Origin: a virus
DNA: 64,000 nt
Direction: 5' to 3' (one strand)
Virus record (IMG/VR): IMGVR_UViG_3300045988_182866
In this document: one piece after another, positions 36,724 through 45,849 of the stretch
Numbering within the stretch: position 1 is the first letter of the stretch
Layout: the number at the start of each line of letters is the position of its first letter
Translations under genes and position numbers: made by a program
Notes under the pieces: generated by a model
Told to the model about the DNA's origin: nothing
Database searches by the model: none
The model's input: the letters and a program-made list of their open reading frames with translations, nothing else

Positions 36724-39107
36724 ACATCATGCAAAAGTCCGGTATTAGTGACAAGACAGGGAAATCTTATATCAATGGAATTTCAGTAACAAACAGTACC
36801 ATAACTGTTACTGAAGCTACCTCTTTAAATTTCACCATTGGAGGACCAATTACTACTACTGTACAAGGAAGTGAAGAAGCATTAATTTCCTTCAATCTTG
36901 ATGCAGTAAAAAGCAGGGAAGCTTTAGGATTAGGTACTGCTGCTCTTATTAATACCGGTACAGCATCTGGACAAATTCCTGTTTTAGACGCCCGGGGTAA
37001 ATTACCTGAGTCTGTCATTGGAGATATTGCCCTATATGATAAGTTTGATATAGCTTCTGCTGATAATATAAATGATATTGTAATATTTATTAATGGCATT
37101 ACTACTGGAATTACTCCTAAACAAGGAGATATGATTTTTGTTCTAGGAGGAAATGTCCAAGGAACCTATTGGATTACAGTCACTAAAACTCCGGGAACTT
37201 ATACTGCGGATGATATTTCTGGAATTACTACACCGTCTGGAACCATTAGTTCTATTACCTTTTTAGGAACAAATTATACTCCTGTCAATGGTATTATTAC
37301 TCTCCCGGCAAATATTGGCTGGAGTTCTTTAACTGGAATTCCTGCAGCTTCTGTATCGGCTTCAGGTATTGTTAAATTAAATGATAATACAAATTCTACT
37401 TCTACTACTGAAGCAGCAACTGCAAATGCTGTTAAGAAAGTTCAAGATTTTGCTAGTACCAAAATTTCTGGTATTTGGTTCGAAACTAACCAAGGATTAA
37501 CTTCAGAACGAAATAGTTTTACTATATTTGGAACTGGCCCAATTTATATTGTAGGGAGTGATGCTGGAGATAAATCTCTTATATCAGTAAATTTAGATAC
37601 TGCAAGAGTTAAAGACTCTTTAAATATTCAATCTATCGCCCCAGCAGGACCTTATCCTCCGACTATTCCTGAAACCTACGGAACAGGAGCTGCGCCTGAA
37701 CTTTTAGGTAAACTTGATAGAAGCTTCATGCCAAGAAATATTATTGGTTTTACATCTTCTTCTAGTTTGCCGCCAGTAAATCCTCCGTCTGATTTTATTC
37801 AAGGTTTTGCTTTTACAGCACAGGATAATAATGGTGAGGAAACTCCTGGTTTTAGTGTTTCTGTTTTTGAAAAGTATTATTCAACTGGAGAAATATGGAA
37901 AGGTATTAATTATTTCCTCAATTCTTCTTTAACAGCAACATCCGGACCTGACCCAGTTATTCCAGCAACTGGGGCTGATGGTAAATTAGATGCTTCATTT
38001 ATTCCAGATAGTGTGAGCGGAGGAATTGGCATTGTTAATTCTAGTAATCCGGGTACAACACTAACTGCTAAAACTTTAAGAATCGGAGCACTAGACGGGT
38101 TAGGCGTATCTATTGCACCTCTTGGCCCGAATAGTTCAGAAATTAATGTTTTTTATGGATTAGAAGAAACTTCATTTAAATCTTATCTGACTAATACTAT
38201 TGGCATTAAAACTGCTGCTTATCAAAATACAGGAACTACAAATGGAACAATCCCTTTAATCGGTGCTAATGATAAATTACCAGCAAGTATTATTCCAGAT
38301 GAAATTGGCGGAAATTTTAGTTCCTTTACTATTAATAATGGATATGAAGCTACTCAAAGTATAAGCTCTAATCCTAATCAAATTAAAATTTGGAACTCTC
38401 CATTTTTTATTGGACCTCATGAAGCCACTGATTTAGTTAATGAATTATATCTTAATAATGAGGGTGAAGTTACTTTATCTCAGCGTTTTACTGATAGGGC
38501 CGCCCTTCGTTATATTACTTGTGTTGAAGATTCAGGTAATTATCGCTTTACTACATATTATTGTGGCCCCTTATTGATATTTGAATCATTTTCAGCTTAT
38601 ACTAAAGGACCATTTTTAAAGAATTCTACTAATTTTAATTATACTGGTACTCATCCCGGTGAACTAAGTAATAACGCTTATACTAAAATACAAATAGATC
38701 CTTATTTTGCTTTAGCAAGAAGTAATTATATTATAAATAATACAACTAGTGGAAGTTTAATTGATATTTATACAGATCTTTTAACTAGAAAATATTATTT
38801 TCGGCCAAGCTCATTATCTTCAACAAATACTCTTATCGTTAATCTTTATATTGATGAAATAACATTACAAAATTACCATATTGATAATACTCTTATTTTA
38901 GACCCCAGGAACCTTTCAGTTGCTCCTCAAAATATTCAAATATTATTGCCGAATGAAACTACAGGAAACTATAAGCTGTTTATAGACCAGGGCGATGTTG
39001 GGACATTAACGAATACTCATCTGTATAATATTAGTATTGGTATTATTCGACCAACGGAAAGTCCAGCTCTAATAATGGTAAAATATTCTCAGTTTGTACC
39101 AGTTTAA
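36720..39107 (+). CDS. Large tail fibre / receptor-binding protein (795 aa). The tracked start is TTG; an ATG lies at 36729.
   Basis: G/T/S-rich. Contains the phage tail-fibre repeat ASGIVKLNDNTNSTSTTEAATANAVKKVQDF and repeated IP..IGG / LDASFIP segments. Confidence 0.7.
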   Translation: MNIMQKSGISDKTGKSYINGISVTNSTITVTEATSLNFTIGGPITTTVQGSEEALISFNLDAVKSREALGLGTAALINTGTASGQIPVLDARGKLPESVIGDIALYDKFDIASADNINDIVIFINGITTGITPKQGDMIFVLGGNVQGTYWITVTKTPGTYTADDISGITTPSGTISSITFLGTNYTPVNGIITLPANIGWSSLTGIPAASVSASGIVKLNDNTNSTSTTEAATANAVKKVQDFASTKISGIWFETNQGLTSERNSFTIFGTGPIYIVGSDAGDKSLISVNLDTARVKDSLNIQSIAPAGPYPPTIPETYGTGAAPELLGKLDRSFMPRNIIGFTSSSSLPPVNPPSDFIQGFAFTAQDNNGEETPGFSVSVFEKYYSTGEIWKGINYFLNSSLTATSGPDPVIPATGADGKLDASFIPDSVSGGIGIVNSSNPGTTLTAKTLRIGALDGLGVSIAPLGPNSSEINVFYGLEETSFKSYLTNTIGIKTAAYQNTGTTNGTIPLIGANDKLPASIIPDEIGGNFSSFTINNGYEATQSISSNPNQIKIWNSPFFIGPHEATDLVNELYLNNEGEVTLSQRFTDRAALRYITCVEDSGNYRFTTYYCGPLLIFESFSAYTKGPFLKNSTNFNYTGTHPGELSNNAYTKIQIDPYFALARSNYIINNTTSGSLIDIYTDLLTRKYYFRPSSLSSTNTLIVNLYIDEITLQNYHIDNTLILDPRNLSVAPQNIQILLPNETTGNYKLFIDQGDVGTLTNTHLYNISIGIIRPTESPALIMVKYSQFVPV

Positions 39108-39109
39108 AA

Positions 39110-39565
39110 ATGGGAGAATTAGGATTAGCTAGAAATAAACGATATAATCAAGGTTATTTTTATCCAAAAAATAAACATAAGTTTATCGGAGAATATGCAA
39201 TTTACCGTTCAGGTTTAGAGTTAAAGTATTTTCAATTTTTGGATAATAATCCCAAGTGTATCAAATGGAATTCAGAAGGAGTAAAAATTCCTTATTTCTG
39301 GGAAGGAGATAATAAGTGGCATACTTATTATATCGATTTGGCTGCTTCTTTTAAAAAAGAAAATAAGATAGAAACTTTTTTAATTGAAATTAAGCCTTAC
39401 CGGCAAACTATAGAGCCTGAAGCAACAAAGCGAAAAAGGAAAAAGACTTTATTAACTGAACAAATAACATTCAGTCAAAATCAAAGTAAATGGAAAGCCG
39501 CTTCTGAATTTGCATCCAAAAACGGCTTAAAATTTATTATTCTTACTGAAAAAGATATTGGTTAA
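39110..39565 (+). CDS. TnsA-like / PD-(D/E)xK endonuclease domain protein
   Basis: YRSGLELKYFQFLDNNP...YYIDLAASF...FLIEIKPY follows the TnsA_N pattern (SxLE ... Y.PDF ... E[IV]K). Confidence 0.45.
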   Translation: MGELGLARNKRYNQGYFYPKNKHKFIGEYAIYRSGLELKYFQFLDNNPKCIKWNSEGVKIPYFWEGDNKWHTYYIDLAASFKKENKIETFLIEIKPYRQTIEPEATKRKRKKTLLTEQITFSQNQSKWKAASEFASKNGLKFIILTEKDIG

Positions 39566-40185
39566 ATTTCTTCTTCAGTTTCTTTATATTGTTCTTTACC
39601 GGTGGGATTAAAGGCAATCAATGTTTCTTCAGAAGGCATTTTCGGAGTTACCAATACTCGATAAGAATGCCTGTTTGCTCCGGAAGGGCTCATTTCATCA
39701 AAATTAAAAGTAATAATATCAGGATATTTCTTTAACGCAGAAACATTAGAAATATCTTTAAATTTGATATTTTGAGCTGAACCTTTTCGTCCATATCCTA
39801 AGGCTTTTTCTCCACGGTTAAATGTTTTAATTTGACGAGGAATAAAACTATTATTAATAGGTTCAGTAATTTTAATCGGAGGAACTCGAGTACCGGATCC
39901 AATTTGATCGGTATCAACAACAGTAATATAAAAGCCGGGGTTTAACTTCATCCATTTTCTTAATTGATCTACGGAAGCCCTTCTCCATTCAGATCCTTTA
40001 TTAAAGATTTTAGCTAAACTGCCATACTTGTTATCATCATATTTTAATAAATCCTTAGCCTCTTCTCTGGCTGAAGCTCTTCGTTCTTTATCGGCAAGCT
40101 TCCTTTCCCATTCGTCCCACTTTGCGGGATCATCAAAAACTCCTTCATTAAAAATTTCTAAAGCGATTTGAGATAAATCAGTCAT
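39562..40185 (-). CDS. Hypothetical protein
   Basis: ORF track. Confidence 0.4.
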   Translation of the reverse strand: MTDLSQIALEIFNEGVFDDPAKWDEWERKLADKERRASAREEAKDLLKYDDNKYGSLAKIFNKGSEWRRASVDQLRKWMKLNPGFYITVVDTDQIGSGTRVPPIKITEPINNSFIPRQIKTFNRGEKALGYGRKGSAQNIKFKDISNVSALKKYPDIITFNFDEMSPSGANRHSYRVLVTPKMPSEETLIAFNPTGKEQYKETEEEI

Positions 40186-40290
40186 GAAAGATATTTAAGG
40201 AATGAAATTTAATTAAAAATCTTTGCAAAAAGCGCTAATCTTTTAAAAATTAGTTGTTCATACGTAAATAAGTTTAATTATTAATAAAGT

Positions 40291-41004
40291 ATGGTTTCAA
40301 CAACCCCTTATAAATTAATTTGTGAAATGCCTGATCCTTCCCGAATGGATCCTTTACAAATATTATATGAAGAAGAAAGTCTTCACAAAGAACGGGCTTT
40401 ATATTTGACTGGTCCTTATCTTGGTTCTGAAATTATTAATAGAAATAATCGTTTATATCCAGCTGAAGAACTTCGCCGCGAAGTTAATCGCTATACTGAA
40501 GAAAAGATTAAATTTGGGCGTGCACTTGGAGAATTAAATCACCCCGAATCTGCTTCAGTTGATCTTGGAGCCGCTTGCCATTTGGTTGTTGAATTAAAGG
40601 AAGATAATAATGTTTGGTACGGCAAGTCTAAAGTTTTAGTTGGTACGCCTAAAGGCGATCTTTTGAAATCTCTCCTTAATAATGGCGTTCAAGTTGGTAT
40701 GTCTTCTCGCTGTCTTGGTCAGCTGACAGAAACATCTGAAGGATATTCAAGAGTTTCAAATTTGCGCATGGTCGCCATAGATGCGGTTTCGGATCCAAGT
40801 TTTTCGAGCGCCTATGTAGACGGTATTTTAGAGTCTGCCCAGTTTGTTTGTGAATCTGACGGTTCTATTCGAATGGAAAAACTTTACGATGATACTAGTA
40901 AGAAATTTGCGAATCTTCCAGTTGGAGACCGAAACGACTATATTAAACGATCAGTGATTGACTTCCTTAAGAGCTTTAACGAAATTACTACAAATCGTAA
41001 ATAA
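40291..41004 (+). CDS. Prohead core protease, T4 gp21-like (U9 family)
   Basis: 237 aa. LYPAEELRREVNRYTEEKIKFGRALGELNHPE and overall layout resemble the gp21 prohead protease. It sits upstream of the scaffold and MCP genes as in T4. Confidence 0.65.
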   Translation: MVSTTPYKLICEMPDPSRMDPLQILYEEESLHKERALYLTGPYLGSEIINRNNRLYPAEELRREVNRYTEEKIKFGRALGELNHPESASVDLGAACHLVVELKEDNNVWYGKSKVLVGTPKGDLLKSLLNNGVQVGMSSRCLGQLTETSEGYSRVSNLRMVAIDAVSDPSFSSAYVDGILESAQFVCESDGSIRMEKLYDDTSKKFANLPVGDRNDYIKRSVIDFLKSFNEITTNRK

Positions 41005-41008
41005 CCTT

Positions 41009-41179
41009 ATGTCTAAGAAAACAAAGAAAGTAAAACAATTAGATAAAGATTGCTTATCTTTTGTACAGGCAATTTTAGAAGAAGACGCCAAATCTGCCGC
41101 TTCTGTACTAAAAACCATCGTTAAGAAAAATATCGCCAAGAAGCTTAAAAAGGCTGAACGCGAAACCGACTTATTTTAA
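41009..41179 (+). CDS. Small basic protein (56 aa), possible prohead core component
   Basis: MSKKTKKVKQLDKD... The tracked ORF (40958) begins inside the protease gene. The internal ATG at 41009 follows the protease stop. Confidence 0.3.
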   Translation: MSKKTKKVKQLDKDCLSFVQAILEEDAKSAASVLKTIVKKNIAKKLKKAERETDLF

Positions 41180-41188
41180 TAATAGAAT

Positions 41189-42058
41189 ATGAAAATTCCC
41201 GAAAGTTTAAAGAATGTTTTATCGGAAGCCGATCTTGCCGATATTAAAAAAGAATTTGACAAGCAGGTTCAAATTCAAGTAGAATCTGCACTTCATCAAT
41301 ATGACGATGAAGCTGAAAAGCGAATTTTAGAACTCGTCAAGCAGATTGATGAAAACCATAAGGTAAAGTTGGTTAATCTTCTTAAGAAGAAAGACGCTAA
41401 AGATAAGGCTTTGCTTGAATCAATTAAAGCCAAATATACTGAAGCTCTTCGAACAGATGCTGAAAAGTTCAAAGCTTCCCTTGCCAAAAATATCGAACGA
41501 TTCATTGAATCTAAAATTGGCAATATTGTAGATTATTCTATTATCAAAGAGGCTGCCCTTAATAATACGGCCCGCATTGTTCTTGAAGGCCTTCGCACTC
41601 AGCTTGGCGTTGATTCCGCTTTAATGAAGGAATCTATTTCCGGCCCAATTCTTGAAGCTCGTGAAAAAATGACCAAAGCTCTTTCTTATATTAAAAAGCT
41701 TAAAGAAGAAAACCAGCGCCTTGAAGAATCTCTTTATAATTCCGAGGCTAATCTTTTGATTGAATCCAGGACTGCCAAGCTGCCGGAAGCTGAAGCCTCT
41801 CATATGAAACGCATGCTTCATGGCAAGGATATTAAGTTCATTAATGAAAATTTCAATTATATTTTAGATCTTTATAGGCAAGGTCAAGAAAAGAAACGTA
41901 CTGTTCTTAAGGAAGAAGCCCTGAAGGTACGAGATAAGAAAAAGCTTCCGACCGAACCCCGCCGTACAAAAGATCTAATGACAGAAAACTCTTCTAATAA
42001 CTCCGGTTTCTCTCTTATTGATGAAATTGCTGCCGAAATGGCGTCTTCTGATTATTAA
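41189..42058 (+). CDS. Prohead scaffolding protein, gp22-like coiled-coil protein
   Basis: Coiled-coil-rich, K/E/A/L-biased, 289 aa against 269 aa for T4 gp22. Located between the protease and MCP. Confidence 0.55.
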   Translation: MKIPESLKNVLSEADLADIKKEFDKQVQIQVESALHQYDDEAEKRILELVKQIDENHKVKLVNLLKKKDAKDKALLESIKAKYTEALRTDAEKFKASLAKNIERFIESKIGNIVDYSIIKEAALNNTARIVLEGLRTQLGVDSALMKESISGPILEAREKMTKALSYIKKLKEENQRLEESLYNSEANLLIESRTAKLPEAEASHMKRMLHGKDIKFINENFNYILDLYRQGQEKKRTVLKEEALKVRDKKKLPTEPRRTKDLMTENSSNNSGFSLIDEIAAEMASSDY

Positions 42059-42224
42059 GAGTTGCTTTAAAAACCTAAATATCAATTGTTATTAGAGTAT
42101 AACCAAAGAAATTAACTATACAATTTTCAAGCATCAGTTAATTTAATCTTACGGACAAGAATTCCGTCTCCTCAAAAATCGCTTGATATTCAAGCAAAAA
42201 CAAAGATAAATTAATATAATTTTT

Positions 42225-44135
42225 ATGAAAAAGACTCAACAAGTACAAACTCAGTCTGTTGGCGCTGCTGTTCAGCAGAACAAGCAGTTCTATCAGAACT
42301 GTGTGAATAAGTGGAAGAAGCTGCTCGTTTCTGAACACGTTGCTCCTATTGAAAATAAGCATACGCGTGCCGTTACAGCTGTTCTTCTTGAAAACCAGGC
42401 TAACGCCCTGATGGAAGATATGAACCCGAACAGCTCCAGCATTTGGGGTGCCAACGCCTCTTTTGGTGGTGCGATTACTCAAGGCGATACCTATGCGAAG
42501 GGCGACAATCGTTTACCGAAGATTCTTCTTCCGATGATTCGTCGTACGTTCCCGGAACTTATTTCCAATGAAGTTGTCGGTGTCCAGCCGATGTCCGGAC
42601 CTGTTTCCCTTGCGTTTGCTATTCGTTATCGCTATGACCAAGGGCCTCTTCATGAAGCTCGTTCTTCCGGTACGCTGACTAAGCCGCCTACGGCTGGACC
42701 TCAATACGGTGTGAATACTTTCCGTGCCGAAGATACTGCCAATCCTCCGGCTCCTGCGGATATGAAGCAGCTTGAAGCTACGGTTAAGTCCCCTGGAACT
42801 GAAATGGGTTATAACTACCTCGACACTTCCTTTACTGGTCGTCGTAACAACCTCTTTAACCGTACGATCAATAAAGAAACGGGTGCTCCTTATACCGATG
42901 CTGATATTGTAACCACTTGGAATGCTTCTGATGCTGGTGCTACCTATCGGATTAAGGCTGTTGCCGACCTTGTGATTATCTCCGGAGCTACTCCTGATGT
43001 TGAATTCACATTGTCCGACGGTACAACCAAGTATACAATTCTTGACCATGATGAAGGTAAGAAAGCGATTGCTGCTGCGAATGCTCTCTTTAAGGCTACC
43101 CACATTGCCGGTGGTAAGTTTACATTCTCTGATCAGGACCTCGGTACTGCCGCTCTCTTGGGTGACTATGAAGCTACTGGCCGTATTCCTCGTACGAAGT
43201 TTACCTTCGAGAAGAAAGCTGTTGAAGCTGGTACCCGCCGTATCGGTACCTCCTGGACGCTTGAACTCGAACAGGATATTCGTAACATGAACGGTATCGA
43301 CATCGAACAGGAAGTTACTTCCATGATGTCCTACGAACTTCAGGCCGAAATTGACCGTGAAATGATTGTTCGTATGCTCTATGCCGCTCTTTCTGCTAAT
43401 GAATATTCCTATTGGGATGGTTCTAAGGCTGATGCTCGTTGGATGGGTGAACGTGACCGCGCGTTTTATCAGTTCATCATTCAGATGGCTAACCGTATGG
43501 CTGTTCGTAACCGTCGTGGCCCAGCTAACTTCATTATCGCTACTCCGGATGTCTGCTCCTTATTGGAAACGCTTCCTCAGTATGCTATTATGGAAGTTAA
43601 CGGTACGATCTCTACGGATAGTTCCGGTATTGCTAAGGTTGGTACAATCGGTAATGGCCGATTCACTGTCTTCCGTGATACCCGTACGCCTGTTCAGAAT
43701 AATTCCTGGATGAATAATTCCTGGGATAATCAAGGACAGTATACCATTGGTGGAGAAGCTCGTACTCAGGGTATTCCGGACTTTGCTCTACTTGGCTATA
43801 AGGGTAGCGAATACTGGGACGCAGGCATTCTGTTTTGTCCGTACATCCCAATACTCCTGCAAAGGGTTGTGGATCCTGTGTCGTTTGAACCTCAGGTTGG
43901 TTTAATGACCCGATATGGTGTTGTTGATAACCTTTTTGGCGCCAATCTCTATTATCATGTCGTATTAATCGATACGCTCGGAAATAGCTTGCCGCCGTCT
44001 GGCGCTCCTGCCAATAACTGGCCTGGAACATTCCCGAATGGTTCCGCTCTTACTGATGTTCGTCAGCAAGGTGGTTATCCGGTTCAGGTTACCAACACTC
44101 CTGAAAATCCGGTTAATACGAAGCCTATTGCTTAA
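42225..44135 (+). CDS. Major capsid protein, T4 gp23 homologue
   Basis: NKWKKLL...ENQ...FPELISNEVVGVQPMSGPVSLAFAIRYRY aligns with T4 gp23 NKWKPLL...ENQ...IPNLIAFDICGVQPMNSPTGQVFALRAVY. 636 aa. GC content is much higher than the surrounding DNA. Confidence 0.85.
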   Translation: MKKTQQVQTQSVGAAVQQNKQFYQNCVNKWKKLLVSEHVAPIENKHTRAVTAVLLENQANALMEDMNPNSSSIWGANASFGGAITQGDTYAKGDNRLPKILLPMIRRTFPELISNEVVGVQPMSGPVSLAFAIRYRYDQGPLHEARSSGTLTKPPTAGPQYGVNTFRAEDTANPPAPADMKQLEATVKSPGTEMGYNYLDTSFTGRRNNLFNRTINKETGAPYTDADIVTTWNASDAGATYRIKAVADLVIISGATPDVEFTLSDGTTKYTILDHDEGKKAIAAANALFKATHIAGGKFTFSDQDLGTAALLGDYEATGRIPRTKFTFEKKAVEAGTRRIGTSWTLELEQDIRNMNGIDIEQEVTSMMSYELQAEIDREMIVRMLYAALSANEYSYWDGSKADARWMGERDRAFYQFIIQMANRMAVRNRRGPANFIIATPDVCSLLETLPQYAIMEVNGTISTDSSGIAKVGTIGNGRFTVFRDTRTPVQNNSWMNNSWDNQGQYTIGGEARTQGIPDFALLGYKGSEYWDAGILFCPYIPILLQRVVDPVSFEPQVGLMTRYGVVDNLFGANLYYHVVLIDTLGNSLPPSGAPANNWPGTFPNGSALTDVRQQGGYPVQVTNTPENPVNTKPIA

Positions 44136-44160
44136 TAGGTTAAGCTAACCAAAACTTTAA

Positions 44161-44196
44161 AAATCCCGATGAGAATTGATCTCATCGGGATTTTTA
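44161..44196 (+). terminator. Rho-independent terminator after the MCP gene
   Basis: AAATCCCGATGAGA-attg-ATCTCATCGGGATTT followed by TTATTTT. Confidence 0.8.
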
Positions 44197-44276
44197 TTTT
44201 ATACCTGTCCAAACCACCTATTATTTTTCAGACATTTATTAAATTAAAAAAAAAGAATTTAATTTTAATTTATAAA

Positions 44277-45254
44277 ATGCCAAAGAAGCTTTCGCAAGAA
44301 GAATTTATTGAACGATGTAAAAAGAAACATAATAATTATTACAGTTATGATAAAACAGTTTATACTGGTATGAGCAATGATGACTATATTATTGTAACTT
44401 GCCCTATTCATGGTGACTTTAAACAACTGGCTGCCGGACATATACGAGGAAAAGGCTGTAAAGATTGTGCCGGAACCATTACCAAAACTACTGAACAATT
44501 TATCATAGACGCCAGAAAAGTTCATGGAGATGAATATGATTATTCAAAATCAAAATATATTAATGCAATGACATATATTGAAATCATTTGTCGAAAACAT
44601 GGTTCATTCTGGCAAAAACCTAATACTCATTTAATCGGCAAAGGATGTTTTGAATGTTATGGCTCTAAAATGCTAACACAGGAAGAGTTTATCAATCGCT
44701 GTATTGAAAAACATAATGGGTTTTATATCTATGACAAAACAGTTTATACAGGTTGTAATTATACAATTACCATTACTTGTCCTGTCCATGGCGATTTTCA
44801 ACAAAAAGCAGGAGCCCATTTATATGGGCAAGGATGCAGTCAATGTGCTCATTTAATTTCTACTCAAGAGCTTGAACTTAGAGAATTTCTCGGAACAATT
44901 TATGAAAATGAAATGATTTTTAATTCAAGAGCTTTTATTAAGCCCAAAGAATTAGACATTTACCTTCCTGATATAAAAACTGCCTTTGAATATAATGGGA
45001 ATTATTGGCATGCTCTATATGAAGAAAATGATCCAGGGTACCATGACTATAAAAGGCAACTTTGTAAAAATGCCGGAATTACTTTAATTGAAGTATGGGG
45101 AAATGACTGGACTGAATTTAATAAAGAAACCAAAAATGAAATTAAAGATTTTTTCTCAGCAAAAAGGTTAAAAGAGTATAAGCATATACAGATAAGCAAT
45201 GCCGAAGAAGCAAACATTAGAAGAATTTATCAAGAAATCAAATATTGCCCATAA
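44277..45254 (+). CDS. Homing-endonuclease-like protein: three Zn-ribbon repeats + DUF559 nuclease domain. Start taken at MPKKLSQ; the tracked ORF begins at 44169 inside the terminator.
   Basis: Repeats ...IIVTCPIHGDF.Q.A.GHIRGKGCKDC.. etc. ELDIYLPDIKTAFEYNGNYWH...GITLIEVWGNDW. Confidence 0.7.
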   Translation: MPKKLSQEEFIERCKKKHNNYYSYDKTVYTGMSNDDYIIVTCPIHGDFKQLAAGHIRGKGCKDCAGTITKTTEQFIIDARKVHGDEYDYSKSKYINAMTYIEIICRKHGSFWQKPNTHLIGKGCFECYGSKMLTQEEFINRCIEKHNGFYIYDKTVYTGCNYTITITCPVHGDFQQKAGAHLYGQGCSQCAHLISTQELELREFLGTIYENEMIFNSRAFIKPKELDIYLPDIKTAFEYNGNYWHALYEENDPGYHDYKRQLCKNAGITLIEVWGNDWTEFNKETKNEIKDFFSAKRLKEYKHIQISNAEEANIRRIYQEIKYCP

Positions 45255-45849
45255 TTTCAAGTACAACTATGATAAATCAATTTATATCAACAAACAAACA
45301 AAAGTAATCGTAATATGCCCGGAACATGGAGATTTTGAGGTTACTCCAGGCGCTCATTATATTTTAAAAAGCGGATGTCCAGAATGTGCAAAAATATCTC
45401 GTTCCAAAACAAAATCAAAAGGATTAGAAAAGTTCATTAAACAAGCTAATCTAAAGTGGAATAGCTTTTATAATTATTCCAAAGTCAACTATATCAATAA
45501 TTATACTAAAGTAGAAATTATTTGTCCAATTCATGGTTCATTTTTTAAAGATCCTAGATCTCATATTGACCCACAAAGATATGGAGGCTGCCAAAGCTGT
45601 TCAAAAGAAAGACTTAGCAAAATAATATCTAAAGTTCAGCAGCAAAAACCAAAAGGGACAAATAGAGAAGCTTTTATTGACTATTGTAATGGCATTCATA
45701 ATAACAAATATTCTTATGATAAAATGAATTATGTGAATATGATGACTCCAATTGAAATCATATGTCCTATTCATGGAACTTTTACTCAAGATTGTTTCTT
45801 TAGACCAGAAAAAATAGATATACAAAAGAAACTCTTGAATTTTGCTTAA
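45199..45849 (+). CDS. Homing-endonuclease-like paralogue lacking a nuclease domain, with a degenerate last repeat. It overlaps the previous gene by 56 nt in another frame.
   Basis: MPKKQTLEEFIKKS... N-terminus parallels MPKKLSQEEFIERC of the neighbour. Repeats VIVICPEHGDF..TPGAHYILKSGCPEC and EIICPIHGSF...H.....GGCQSC. The third repeat (IICPIHGTFTQDCFFRP) has lost the CxxC. Confidence 0.55.
   Translation: MPKKQTLEEFIKKSNIAHNFKYNYDKSIYINKQTKVIVICPEHGDFEVTPGAHYILKSGCPECAKISRSKTKSKGLEKFIKQANLKWNSFYNYSKVNYINNYTKVEIICPIHGSFFKDPRSHIDPQRYGGCQSCSKERLSKIISKVQQQKPKGTNREAFIDYCNGIHNNKYSYDKMNYVNMMTPIEIICPIHGTFTQDCFFRPEKIDIQKKLLNFA

Noticed and set aside
36720-36728. TTG start for the 795-aa tail fibre as given by the ORF track.
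   Set aside because: An in-frame ATG follows at 36729 (MQKSG...). The TTG overlaps the upstream stop (ATTTGA). Either start is possible. This is noted in the feature rather than treated as a separate anomaly.
42138-44031. Five long ORFs on alternative frames or strands inside the major capsid gene (42138-42482-, 42513-43103-, 42997-43290+, 43366-43713+, 43663-44031-).
   Set aside because: They lie entirely within the well-supported gp23-like CDS. They arise because this gene is GC-rich, which makes stop codons rare on other frames. Their compositions are low-complexity and R/S-rich.
44169-44276. Upstream extension of the 44169 ORF (MRIDLIGIFILYLSKPP...).
   Set aside because: The extension is translated from the MCP terminator hairpin and an AT-rich spacer. 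The conserved family N-terminus MPKK(L/Q)..EEFI starts at 44277, matching the paralogue at 45199.
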